Assembly: GCF_042660085.1 (NCBI RefSeq)
Contig: NZ_JBHSTI010000008.1
Coordinates: 1,839,876 to 1,871,875 of the forward strand
Reading direction: 5' to 3'
DNA length: 32,000 nt
Origin: Longivirga aurantiaca
Lineage (GTDB): Bacteria > Actinomycetota > Actinomycetes > S36-B12 > CAIYMF01
In this document: positions 1 to 8,361 of the stretch, piece by piece
Numbering within the stretch: the first letter of the stretch is position 1
Layout of the letters: every line of letters begins with the position of its first letter
The notes under the pieces: generated by a model
Database searches by the model: none
Told to the model about the DNA's origin: nothing
Seen by the model: only the letters and a program-made list of their open reading frames with translations
Translations under genes and position numbers: made by a program

Positions 1-102
1 CCCCCGGACGGGCGGGCGGAGGCGGACCGGGCGGCCCGGTGCCGGGCTGCGTCGGCCATGAACGCCGCTGCGGGTGCGGGTGCTGGACATCGGGACCTCC
101 GA

Positions 103-552
103 TCAGTCGAGGGTGCGCGCGAGGCGCCACCGGGTGGGGACGGGCGGGCGGACCGTGGGGTCGTCGAGCAGGGCGGCCGCGGCGGCGGGGACGTCGCGCA
201 CGAGGTCGTACACGCCGACCGAGGACGAGCGGCCCGCCCGTGCCTCGACCCGCCAGACCTCGCGCTCCACCGCACCGACGTCGAAGGCGACCGAGCGCCG
301 CGGGGCCTCCCGGGCCTCCGCCGCCTCGGGGTCCTCGGGTGCCTGCGACCCGGCCGTCGCACCGACGGCGACGGGACGGCGACGGCGGGAGCCGGAGCCG
401 ACCCACCACGTGCCGAGCTCGATCCAGTGGGCGAGCACCGCGCGGACGACGTAGAGCCGGCCGCGCCACAGGAACTGCGCCGGGGCCACCTCGAGGGTGT
501 CGAGGCTCACCGGTGCCGTGCGGACCTGCACGGCCTCGCCGTAGCTGCGCAT
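103..552 (-). CDS. DUF6504-like small protein
   Basis: Minus-strand ORF starting MRSYGEAVQVRTAPVSLDTLEVAPAQFLWRGRLYVVRAVLAHWIELGTWW, ends TGA (tca at 103-105). The W/R-rich pattern resembles DUF6504. ATG at 552; the longer ORF to 744 looks non-coding upstream of it. Confidence 0.65.
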   Translation of the reverse strand: MRSYGEAVQVRTAPVSLDTLEVAPAQFLWRGRLYVVRAVLAHWIELGTWWVGSGSRRRRPVAVGATAGSQAPEDPEAAEAREAPRRSVAFDVGAVEREVWRVEARAGRSSSVGVYDLVRDVPAAAAALLDDPTVRPPVPTRWRLARTLD

Positions 553-944
553 GACGGTCTCCCTCCCCGGCTCGTGGCCGGGTGCTCGTCCGGCGCGCGC
601 CCGGACGGGCGGCGCGACCGGCCGGGGGAAGGCGACCGGCGGGCACCCGGCCCCGCCCGTCGGACCCGGCGCTTCCCCACGCCGAGGCCCGACTGCGGGA
701 CCGACGGTGGGCCCGTGGGGACCGCGAGCTCCCCACGGGCCCACCGCGCCCCGCCCGCGGCAGCCGCGAATCCGCCGCGTGCGAGAGCTGGTGGTGCCCG
801 TCGCCCGAACCGGTGGCCCGACCCTCCCGCGAGAGAGGATCGAACACCTGTTCGAACACGACCTACCGTAGCCCCCACCCCCGACAGCGCGTCAAGCCCT
901 GGTCCGTCCGGCGTGCGGGCGCTGTCCGCCCCTACGCTCTGGCC

Positions 945-1532
945 ATGGATCCCCACGGCAGCGAGACCGACGACGGCGTCCACGACGCCGGGCCCCCGCA
1001 CGCGGGGGTCAACGCCGACGGCACGCTCGCCGTCGCGGCGCCCGACCTCACGGGCCTGCACCCCAACGCCGTGACCGTCGCCCAGGCCCTTGCCGGGCTC
1101 GGCGTCGCGGGCACCGTGCGCGCGCTGCCCGAGCCCGCGCCCACGGCCGCCACCGCGGCCGCCCAGCTCGGCTGCGAGGTCGGCGCGATCGCCAACTCGC
1201 TCGTGTTCGACGCCGACGGCAGGCCGCTGCTCGTGCTCACCTCCGGCGCGCACCGCGCCGACACCTTCGCGCTCGCCAGCCTCGTCGGCGCGTCGCAGGT
1301 GAAGCGCGCGACGCCGGAGTTCGTCCGCCAGCACACCGGCCAGCCCATCGGCGGCGTCGCGCCCGTGGGGCACCCGCACCCGCTGCGCACGGTGGTCGAC
1401 GTCGAGCTCTCCCGCCACGACGTCGTCTGGGCGGCCGGCGGCCACCCGCACTACGTCTTCCCCACGACCTACGACGAGCTGCTGCGCATCACCGCCGGCG
1501 AGGCCGCCGAGGTCGGCGAGGGCAAGGCCTGA
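945..1532 (+). CDS. YbaK/EbsC-family aminoacyl-tRNA deacylase
   Basis: ATG at 945. Contains EVGAIANSLVFDADGRPLLVLTSGAHRAD..., KRATPEFVRQHTGQPIGGVAPVGHP..., typical of the YbaK/ProX editing domain. Confidence 0.88.
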   Translation: MDPHGSETDDGVHDAGPPHAGVNADGTLAVAAPDLTGLHPNAVTVAQALAGLGVAGTVRALPEPAPTAATAAAQLGCEVGAIANSLVFDADGRPLLVLTSGAHRADTFALASLVGASQVKRATPEFVRQHTGQPIGGVAPVGHPHPLRTVVDVELSRHDVVWAAGGHPHYVFPTTYDELLRITAGEAAEVGEGKA

Positions 1533-1538
1533 CCCCCA

Positions 1539-1596
1539 CCTCACGCACGGGAGTGCCAGAAAACCCCTGCTGTTTCTGGCACTTCCATACGTGAGG
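1539..1596. terminator. Nested inverted repeat, probable bidirectional terminator between convergent genes
   Basis: Perfect 11-bp arms AGTGCCAGAAA (1552-1562) / TTTCTGGCACT (1573-1583) flanked by outer CCTCACG (1539-1545) / CGTGAGG (1590-1596), lying between the stops of 945..1532(+) and 1599..2093(-). Confidence 0.7.
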
Positions 1597-1598
1597 CG

Positions 1599-2093
1599 CT
1601 ACTCGCCGGCGTACGCCGCCTCGAGGGTCGCGACGTCGAGACGGCTCATCGCGAGCATCGCCACCATCGCGCGCTGCGCGCCGTCCGGGTCGGCACCCCC
1701 GAGCAGCTCGTAGAGGCGCGTCGGCACGATCTGCCAGCTGATCCCCCACCGGTCGACGAGCCAGCCGCACTGGCTCTCGCGGCCCCCGCCGGCCAGCAGC
1801 CCGTCCCAGTAGTGGTCGACCTCCTCCTGCGAGCCGCACGACACGAGGAACGACGTCGCCTCGCTGTGCGCGAACTGCGCCGGCCCGCCGTTGAGGCCCA
1901 TGAGCTCGCGCCCGTGCAGCGACACCGTCATCGTCAGCACCTGGCCGGCCGCTATGCCCGGCACGCCCTCTCCCGCATGCGACGCGCCCAGCACGGAGGC
2001 CTCGCCGTACGCCGAGAAGAGCTCGACGTAGCGCGTGAGCGCGTCCTCCGCGTCACCCTCGAAGAACCACAGGCACGGCGTGAAGCCCGACAT
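1599..2093 (-). CDS. PhnB-like / VOC superfamily protein (3-demethylubiquinone-9 3-methyltransferase-like fold)
   Basis: MSGFTPCLWFFEGDAEDALTRYVELF...GLNGGPAQFAHSEATSFLVSCGSQEEVDHYWDGLLAGGGRESQCGWLVDRWGISWQIVP, the classic PhnB signature. Confidence 0.9.
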   Translation of the reverse strand: MSGFTPCLWFFEGDAEDALTRYVELFSAYGEASVLGASHAGEGVPGIAAGQVLTMTVSLHGRELMGLNGGPAQFAHSEATSFLVSCGSQEEVDHYWDGLLAGGGRESQCGWLVDRWGISWQIVPTRLYELLGGADPDGAQRAMVAMLAMSRLDVATLEAAYAGE

Positions 2094-2198
2094 GTGCGAT
2101 CCCTTCATCGACCGGCCCCCGGACCCAGCGAGCGTAGGCCGCGGGACCGACGGCCGTCCCGGATCACATGCACCGGCCCGGGAGGGGAGGATGGGCCG

Positions 2199-2963
2199 GT
2201 GACGACTCCCGAGCCCCGCACGCCGCACGGCTACTCCGTGCGCGACGGCGGCAGCGCGCGCGAGCCCGTGCCCGCGGTCGTGAGCCTGCACCTGTACGGC
2301 GTCCGCGGTCGCGGGATCGGCAGCGCGCTCGTGCACATGGGCCTCGACCGCGGCCGCGTGCGACGCATGCCGGGCGCCACGTTCGTGAAGCTGCTCGGCA
2401 CGGGCGACGGGACGACGTTCACGATGCGCGACGCCGACCTCGGCCACTGGGGCGTGCTCGCCTGCTGGTCCGACGACGACGGCCCCGCGCGGTACGAGGC
2501 CTCCGCGGCCCACCGGTCCTGGACCGGCGTCGCGCACGAGGAGGCCCGGTTCCTCCTGCGCCCGTTGGTCTCCCGCGGCACCTGGGCCGGGCGGCAGCCC
2601 TTCGGCGACCCCGTGCCCGACCGGTGGGACGGACCCGTCGCGGCCATCACGCGCGCCCGCATCAAGCCCTCGCAGTGGCGCACGTTCTGGGGCTCGGTGC
2701 CCCCCGTGTCCGCCGACCTGCGCCAGGTCGACGGCCTGCGCGTCGCGCTCGGGATCGGCGAGGCGCCGGTGGGGCTGCAGGGGACCTTCAGCGTGTGGGA
2801 CTCCGGCCGCGCCGTCACCGAGTTCGCGCAGCGCAGGTCGCCGCACCTCGAGGTGATGCGCCGCACGCACGAGACCGGCTGGTACTCCGAGGAGCTGTTC
2901 GCGCGGTTCGCCGTCGTCGACGCCCGGGGCGCGTACGACGGCACCGAGATCACGGCGTCGTAG
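2199..2963 (+). CDS. crtA-like: CrtA-like spheroidene monooxygenase family protein (carotenoid ketolase/oxygenase)
   Basis: GTG at 2199 with SD-like GGAGGGGAGG at 2181-2190. Protein has VVSLHLYGVRGRGIGSALVHMGLDRGRVRRMPGATFVKLLGTGDGTTFT...WGVLACW, ...GRQPFG...DGPVAAITRARIKPSQWRTFWGSVPPVS..., ...LGIGEAPVGLQGTFSVWDSGRAVTEFAQR...HETGWYSEELFARFAV, matching the CrtA family pattern. Close to other carotenoid genes. Confidence 0.82.
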   Translation: MTTPEPRTPHGYSVRDGGSAREPVPAVVSLHLYGVRGRGIGSALVHMGLDRGRVRRMPGATFVKLLGTGDGTTFTMRDADLGHWGVLACWSDDDGPARYEASAAHRSWTGVAHEEARFLLRPLVSRGTWAGRQPFGDPVPDRWDGPVAAITRARIKPSQWRTFWGSVPPVSADLRQVDGLRVALGIGEAPVGLQGTFSVWDSGRAVTEFAQRRSPHLEVMRRTHETGWYSEELFARFAVVDARGAYDGTEITAS

Positions 2964-3219
2964 CGTCCGGCGGCCGCACGTGCGGGTCGAGCACGTCGTC
3001 GGAGGCCGGCGGCGTGAACAGGTCCCGCGCGACCACGCGCGGTCCGACGCCCACGTGCGTGGGCTCCGGCGCCTTGCGCCAGTTGTCCTTCAGGAACCAG
3101 ACCAGCGCCGGGACGGCGGGCACGAGGAACAACGCGAAGGGACCCGCGTCCAGCATCCACAGGACGAAGAGCACGACCAGGCCCGTGACCACCAGGCGCC
3201 CGACGAGGCCGAACGTCAC
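2950..3219 (-). CDS. Small predicted membrane protein of unknown function
   Basis: Probable GTG start at 3219. VTFGLVGRLVVTGLVVLFVLWMLDAGPFALFLVPAVPALVWFLKDNWRK... has two hydrophobic segments. 3' end overlaps crtA-like convergently by 14 nt. Start uncertain (ORF open to 3462). Confidence 0.55.
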   Translation of the reverse strand: MTFGLVGRLVVTGLVVLFVLWMLDAGPFALFLVPAVPALVWFLKDNWRKAPEPTHVGVGPRVVARDLFTPPASDDVLDPHVRPPDATTP

Positions 3220-3558
3220 GTGGCTCCCCCGCAGGCGCTGCGCCCTCGGCTGGTCCCACTGCGGCCGGGGGGTGGTGCGGCGGCGCCGTCGTGAAGCCCA
3301 CGGGCTCGGCCGGGCAGCGGGTCGGCAGGTAGGCCGCAGGCCCGGCCTCGGCCTCGCGGCCGTGCCCCCCGGAGAGGGGCGTGGCACGGGCGGCGGGGCC
3401 GGTGCGAACACCCAGCCGTGGGCAAGCGCACCCGGAACCGCCGGCTGCTCGTGCGCTCCCATGCCTCAGGAATCGGCCTCCGCGCGGCCCGCCTCAACCG
3501 GCGCTCACGGCACCACCCGGTCGGAGCAGCCGGTGCCGTCGCGTAGGGTCGCCCCGCT

Positions 3559-4368
3559 ATGAGCGTTCGCGTCTACTCGGGCCCCCACGCCGACCGCCGC
3601 CGAGGCGGAGGCGGAGCCCTGCGCGCCCTCCCGTGGATCCTCGCGGCGCTCACGGTGCTCGCGCAGATCGCCTGGCCGCTCACCTCGGACGGCACGCGCG
3701 ACGTCCTCACCGCGGTCACCGTGGTGCTGTTCTTCCTCGCGAGCGCGTCGCACGCGCTGCTGTCGCGCGGCTTCTTCTGGGCCCTCGGCTGGTTCGTCGT
3801 CAGCGCCGGCATCGGCCTCGGCGTCGAGGTCCTCGGCACCCGCACCGGCCTCCCGTTCGGCAGCTACGAGTACGCCGACCGCCTCGGCCCGATGATCCTC
3901 GGCGTCCCCGCGGTCATCCCGCTGGCCTGGGCGATGATGAGCTACCCCGCGCTGCTCGCCGCCCGCCGCCTCACCACCGGCCCGCTGCTCACACCGATCG
4001 TCGGAGCGGTCGCGCTGGCGAGCTGGGACCTCTTCCTCGACCCGCAGATGGTCGGCGAGGGCCACTGGACGTGGGCCCAGGAGGGGCCGCGGCTGCCAGG
4101 GATCGACGCCATCCCCGCGCAGAACTTCGTGGCCTGGCTGCTGGTCTCGCTGGTCATGATGCTGATCCTCGACCGACTGCCGCGACGTCGCACCGACGGC
4201 GCCGAGGGCGACGGCGTGCCGGCGCTGCTCTTCCTCTGGACCTACTTCTCCTCGGTGCTGCTCAACGCGGCGTTCGAGCACCGCACCGGCGTCGCGATCT
4301 GGGGCGGGGTCGCCATGGGCCTCGTCGCGCTCCCCTACGCGTGGTCGCTGTGGACCGGTCGGGACTGA
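3559..4368 (+). CDS. cruF: CruF-family carotenoid biosynthesis protein (carotenoid 1',2'-hydratase, DUF422)
   Basis: Polytopic protein with GIGLGVEVLGTRTGLPFGSYEYADRLGPMILGVPAVIPLAWAMMSYPALL..., ASWDLFLDPQMVGEGHWTW, FVAWLLVSLVMM, the CruF/bisanhydrobacterioruberin hydratase family motifs. Confidence 0.88.
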   Translation: MSVRVYSGPHADRRRGGGGALRALPWILAALTVLAQIAWPLTSDGTRDVLTAVTVVLFFLASASHALLSRGFFWALGWFVVSAGIGLGVEVLGTRTGLPFGSYEYADRLGPMILGVPAVIPLAWAMMSYPALLAARRLTTGPLLTPIVGAVALASWDLFLDPQMVGEGHWTWAQEGPRLPGIDAIPAQNFVAWLLVSLVMMLILDRLPRRRTDGAEGDGVPALLFLWTYFSSVLLNAAFEHRTGVAIWGGVAMGLVALPYAWSLWTGRD

Positions 4369-5492
4369 CCCGCACGACCGAGGCGCTCGTGACGGCCGGA
4401 GCCCTCGGCGCGGTCGTCGCCACCGCGCACACAGCGCTCAACCTGCGCCTCCTGCGTCGTCCCTCCGACACCCCGCCCGTCGTCGCCGAGCGCGTCAGCG
4501 TGCTCGTGCCCGCCCGTGACGAGGCGGCCCGTATCGCGCCGTGCATCGCCTCGATCCTGGCGTCCGAGGGCGTGCGCGACCTCGAGGTGCTGGTGCTCGA
4601 CGACGGCTCCACCGACGGCACCGCCGACGTCGTGACCGCCGCGGCCGCAAGCGATCCCCGGCTCGAGCTGCTCGACGGCGGCAGCGACGACCCGCCTGCC
4701 GGCTGGCTCGGCAAGACGTGGGCCTGCCACCGGCTCGCAGCCCGGGCGACGGGCTCGGTGCTGCTGTTCGTCGACGCCGACGTGGTCCTCGCGCCGCACG
4801 CGGTCGCGGCGACCGTGGCCCTGCTGCGCGGCGGCAGGCTCGACCTCGTGTCGCCGTACCCCCGGCAGCTCGCCGACGGCCCGCTCCCCCGTCTCGTGCA
4901 GCCGCTGCTGCAGTGGTCGTGGGCCACGCTGCTGCCGCTGCGCGTCGCCGAGACCTCCCCGCGCGTCTCGCTGTCCGCCGCCAACGGCCAGCTCCTCGCC
5001 ATCGACGCACGCGCCTACGCGCGCTGCGGCGGGCACGGCTCGATCCGCGGCGAGGTGCTCGACGACGTCGCCCTGCTGCGCGCGGTGAAGCGCACCGGCG
5101 GGCGCGGCGTGGTCGTCGACGGCACCGACGTCGCCACCTGCCGCATGTACGACGACGGCGCGGCGCTGGTCGAGGGCTACACCAAGTCGCTGTGGTCGGC
5201 GTTCGGGTCGCCCGCCGGATCGGCGGGGGTCGTCTCCCTGCTGACCCTGCTGTACGTCGTTCCGCCGGCGGCTGCCGTGCTCGGCCCGTCGCGTCGCGCC
5301 CGCGCGGCCGGCGCGCTCGGCTATGCCGCAGGCGTCACCGGCCGGGTGATCGTGGCCCGGCGTACCGGCGGGCGGCCGGTCGACGCCCTCGCCCACCCGG
5401 CCTCGGTCGCAGTGCTCTGCGCGCTCGTCGGGGAGTCGTGGCGGCGCAAGCGCGCGGGCACCCTGCGCTGGCGGGGTCGCGGGCTCACCTAG
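4350..5492 (+). CDS. cruG-like: Family 2 glycosyltransferase, CruG-like (carotenoid glycosyltransferase)
   Basis: ERVSVLVPARDEAARIAPCIASILAS...LEVLVLDDGSTDGTADVV..., GWLGKTWACHRLA...LLFVDADVVLAPHAV..., ALLRAVKRTGG, C-terminal TM segments. Overlaps the cruF 3' end. GTG start at 4350 or 4389 uncertain. Confidence 0.85.
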   Translation: MDRSGLTRTTEALVTAGALGAVVATAHTALNLRLLRRPSDTPPVVAERVSVLVPARDEAARIAPCIASILASEGVRDLEVLVLDDGSTDGTADVVTAAAASDPRLELLDGGSDDPPAGWLGKTWACHRLAARATGSVLLFVDADVVLAPHAVAATVALLRGGRLDLVSPYPRQLADGPLPRLVQPLLQWSWATLLPLRVAETSPRVSLSAANGQLLAIDARAYARCGGHGSIRGEVLDDVALLRAVKRTGGRGVVVDGTDVATCRMYDDGAALVEGYTKSLWSAFGSPAGSAGVVSLLTLLYVVPPAAAVLGPSRRARAAGALGYAAGVTGRVIVARRTGGRPVDALAHPASVAVLCALVGESWRRKRAGTLRWRGRGLT

Positions 5493-5503
5493 GCTCTCGA
5501 ACC

Positions 5504-7003
5504 GTGGCACGCGTCGTGGTCGTCGGAGCAGGCATGGGCGGCATGGCCGCGGCCGCGCGGCTCGCGGTGAAGCGCCACCAGGTCACCGTCGTCGAGCAGG
5601 CGGCGACGTACGGCGGCAAGCTCGGCTCGTTCGAGCGCGACGGCTTCGTCTTCGACACCGGCCCGTCGCTGCTCACGATCCCGGCCGTCTACCGCGATCT
5701 GTTCAACAAGACCGGCGGCCCGCTCGAGGGCGCGGTCGGCGAGCTCGTCGACCTCGACCCGGCGTTCGGCTACCGCTTCCCCGATGGCGTCACGGTCGAC
5801 ATGCCGGGCGTCGACCCGGGCGTGTGCGCGCACGTCCTCGGCCAGGCCCTCGGCGGCACGGCGGAGGCCGACTGGCGCGCGTTCATGGCGCGGGCGGCGT
5901 CCATCTGGCAGGTCACGCGCCGGCCGTTCCTCGAGGCACCCCTCACCGGCGCGCGCGACCTGCTGCCGCTCGCGCGCAACCTCGGCGACGTGCGCACGGT
6001 CGCGCCCTTCACGTCGCTGCGCGGCCTCGCGCGCCATTACCTGTCCGACCCGCGGCTGCGCATGCTGGTCGACCGCTATGCGACGTACACCGGCTCCGAC
6101 CCGCGCCGGGCGCCCGCCGCGCTCGCGACGGTGCCGTACGTCGAGCAGATGTTCGGCGCGTACCACGTGGCCGGCGGCATCCGGAAGCTCGCCGACGCGC
6201 TCTACGAGCGGACGCTGGAACGCGGTGTGGCGTACCGGTTCTCGGCCGACGTCGCCGAGGTGCTCACGACCGATGCGGGCGTCACCGGCGTGCGCCTGGG
6301 CGACGGCGAGGTGCTCGAGGCCGACGTCGTCGTCGCGAACGCCGATGCCACGCACCTCTACCGCGACCTGCTGCACGACCCGCGCGGCGCCGAGCCGTTG
6401 AAGCGCCTGCGCCGTACGACTCCCTCGCTGTCGGGCTTCGTGCTGCTGCTCGCGGTGAAGGGCCGTACACCGGGCCTGCGCCACCACAACGTGTGGTTCA
6501 CCGGCGACTACGACGCCGAGTTCGACTCGATCTTCGGCCGCGACGCGAAGCCCGTGCACGACCCGACCATCTACGTGTGCGCGCCGGACGACGACGCCAT
6601 GCGCCCCGACGCCGACCACGAGTCGTGGTTCGTCCTGGTGAACGCGCCGCGCCACGGCACCACGGGCGAGCGAGGCACCGTCGACTGGACGGCTCCGGGC
6701 CTGGCCGAGCCGTACCGCGACCGGGTGCTGCAGGTGATGGCTGACCGCGGGTACGACGTACGCGACCGGCTGCTGTGGTCGGAGGTGCGCACGCCGGCCG
6801 ACCTCGAGGCGGGCACCCGCGCCCCCGGCGGATCGATCTACGGCACCTCGAGCAACGGCGCGCGGGCGGCGTTCCTGCGCCCGGCCAACGCCTCGCCCGT
6901 GCCCGGCCTCTACCTCGTCGGCGGCTCGTCGCACCCGGGCGGCGGCCTGCCGCTCGTCGGCATGTCCGCCGAGATCGTCGCCGACCTCATCGGCCGCGCC
7001 TGA
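5504..7003 (+). CDS. crtD-like: FAD-dependent carotenoid desaturase, CrtI/CrtD family
   Basis: GTG at 5504, 11 nt after the upstream gene. N-terminal VVVVGAGMGGMAAAARLAVKRHQVTVVEQAATYGGKLG (Rossmann), FDTGPSLLTIP, C-terminal LYLVGGSSHPGGGLPLVGMSAEIVADLI. Confidence 0.88.
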   Translation: MARVVVVGAGMGGMAAAARLAVKRHQVTVVEQAATYGGKLGSFERDGFVFDTGPSLLTIPAVYRDLFNKTGGPLEGAVGELVDLDPAFGYRFPDGVTVDMPGVDPGVCAHVLGQALGGTAEADWRAFMARAASIWQVTRRPFLEAPLTGARDLLPLARNLGDVRTVAPFTSLRGLARHYLSDPRLRMLVDRYATYTGSDPRRAPAALATVPYVEQMFGAYHVAGGIRKLADALYERTLERGVAYRFSADVAEVLTTDAGVTGVRLGDGEVLEADVVVANADATHLYRDLLHDPRGAEPLKRLRRTTPSLSGFVLLLAVKGRTPGLRHHNVWFTGDYDAEFDSIFGRDAKPVHDPTIYVCAPDDDAMRPDADHESWFVLVNAPRHGTTGERGTVDWTAPGLAEPYRDRVLQVMADRGYDVRDRLLWSEVRTPADLEAGTRAPGGSIYGTSSNGARAAFLRPANASPVPGLYLVGGSSHPGGGLPLVGMSAEIVADLIGRA

Positions 7004-7005
7004 CC

Positions 7006-7055
7006 GATTCGGTAGTGGAATCTCGCGCTCTGCTGCGACATTCCACTACCGAATC
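7006..7055. terminator. Perfect 16-bp inverted repeat, probable terminator of the cruF-cruG-crtD operon
   Basis: GATTCGGTAGTGGAAT (7006-7021), 18-nt spacer, ATTCCACTACCGAATC (7040-7055), 2 nt after the TGA at 7001-7003. Confidence 0.75.
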
Positions 7056-7083
7056 CGGGTCTGCTGACTGCACACGGCAAGAT

Positions 7084-7584
7084 GTGCCGGTGCCTCCCGA
7101 TGCCTGCCCGACCTGCGGCCTCCCGCTGGAGAACCACGACCGCGACGTGCTCTTCACCCTGCCCGACCCCGTGCTCGGGCTCGTCGACGCCGGCGGCCTC
7201 CCCGAGGGCACGTGGCTCAGCCACGACCACCCCGACGAGTCGGTGATGCTGCTCGTCCCGGAGCTCGGCGCGTTCGTGCGCTGCCTGCTCCCGCTGCGCC
7301 TCGCCGGCGGCCACACCATCACGTTCGCGGTCTGGGTGGGCGTGAGCTCGGACGACCTGCAGCACGCGTGGAAGGTCTGGTGGGAGCCGGAGTACGCCGA
7401 TCTCGAGCTCACGGGCGTGCTCGCCAACGCGCTGCCCGGCGTCGACGTGCTCGCGGCGCCCGTGGTGGTGCGCGTCCGCGACGCCGAGGAGACGCCGTAC
7501 GTCGACAGCAGCAGCGACCCGCTCCTCGCCAAGGTGCTGGCCGACGAGTGGCCGCACGAGCAGGTGCTCGACCTGCTGCAGTAG
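7084..7584 (+). CDS. DUF2199-like protein
   Basis: CPTCGLPLENHDRDVLFTLPDPVL..., LGAFVRCLLPLRLAGGHTITFAVWVGVSSDDLQHAWKVWWEPEYADLELTGVLANALPG. GTG start 7084 or 7090. Confidence 0.7.
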   Translation: MPVPPDACPTCGLPLENHDRDVLFTLPDPVLGLVDAGGLPEGTWLSHDHPDESVMLLVPELGAFVRCLLPLRLAGGHTITFAVWVGVSSDDLQHAWKVWWEPEYADLELTGVLANALPGVDVLAAPVVVRVRDAEETPYVDSSSDPLLAKVLADEWPHEQVLDLLQ

Positions 7585-7621
7585 CGCACGGATGTCGTCG
7601 GGCGTGCCTACCCTGGCGCGC

Positions 7622-8206
7622 ATGACGCAGATCTGGCTCGACCGGCCCGAGCCGCCCATGGACGGCGACGAGACGGCCTCGCTGCTCGGCTCGCTCGAGC
7701 GGATGCGGCTGACCTTCTGGTGGAAGTGCTCCGGGCTGTCACCTGAGGGTGCACGGCTGCACATCGGCAGCTCGGCGCTGTCGCTCGGCGGGCTGCTCCG
7801 GCACCTCGCGCTGGTCGAGGAGAACACGTTCTCCCACAAGCTCTGGGGCCGTCCGCTGCGCGAGCCCTGGGCGTCGGTCGACTGGGACTCCGACCCGGAG
7901 TTCGAGTTCCGCACCGGAGAAGAGCTGCCGCCCGAACAGCTCGTCTCCGAGTACGAGGAGGCCGTGCAGCGAGCGCGCGCCGACCTCGAGGCGGCGCTCG
8001 CCGAGGGCGGCCTCGACTTCCCGGCACGCTTCTCCTGGCCGGACGGCTCCAGGCCCACGCTGCGCCGGCTGCTGCTCGACCAGATCGAGGAGTACGGCCG
8101 GCACACCGGTCACGCCGACCTCCTGCGCGAGGCGGTCGACGGCCGCACCGGCGAGGACGCACCCTGGCCGCCCGACGCCCCCACCCGCCTCTGGTCCGCC
8201 GCCTGA
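7622..8206 (+). CDS. DinB-family protein (DUF664-like)
   Basis: MTQIWLDRPEPPMDGDETASLLGSLERMRLTFWWKCSGLSPEGARLHIGSSALSLGGLLRHLALVEENTFSHKLWG..., DQIEEYGRHTGHADLLREAVDGRTGE. Confidence 0.9.
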   Translation: MTQIWLDRPEPPMDGDETASLLGSLERMRLTFWWKCSGLSPEGARLHIGSSALSLGGLLRHLALVEENTFSHKLWGRPLREPWASVDWDSDPEFEFRTGEELPPEQLVSEYEEAVQRARADLEAALAEGGLDFPARFSWPDGSRPTLRRLLLDQIEEYGRHTGHADLLREAVDGRTGEDAPWPPDAPTRLWSAA

Positions 8207-8266
8207 GAACCGCGCGTCGGCTCTTGACCTCCCGATGATCGGCCGCAAGCATCGGAGTCCGCAGGG

Positions 8267-8289
8267 CGGCGAGACCCCGGGTCTCGCCG
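8267..8289. terminator. 11-bp near-perfect palindrome, candidate terminator downstream of the DinB-family gene
   Basis: CGGCGAGACCC (8267-8277) / GGGTCTCGCCG (8279-8289) in the intergenic region 8207-8361. Loop is very short, so the outer ~9 bp would pair in RNA. Confidence 0.5.
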
Positions 8290-8361
8290 AGCGGTGTTCT
8301 GAAGCAGCAGCATCGGCACGCCTGCTGGTTGCGCGGTCTCCCAGCACAGGAGGGCGATCGG

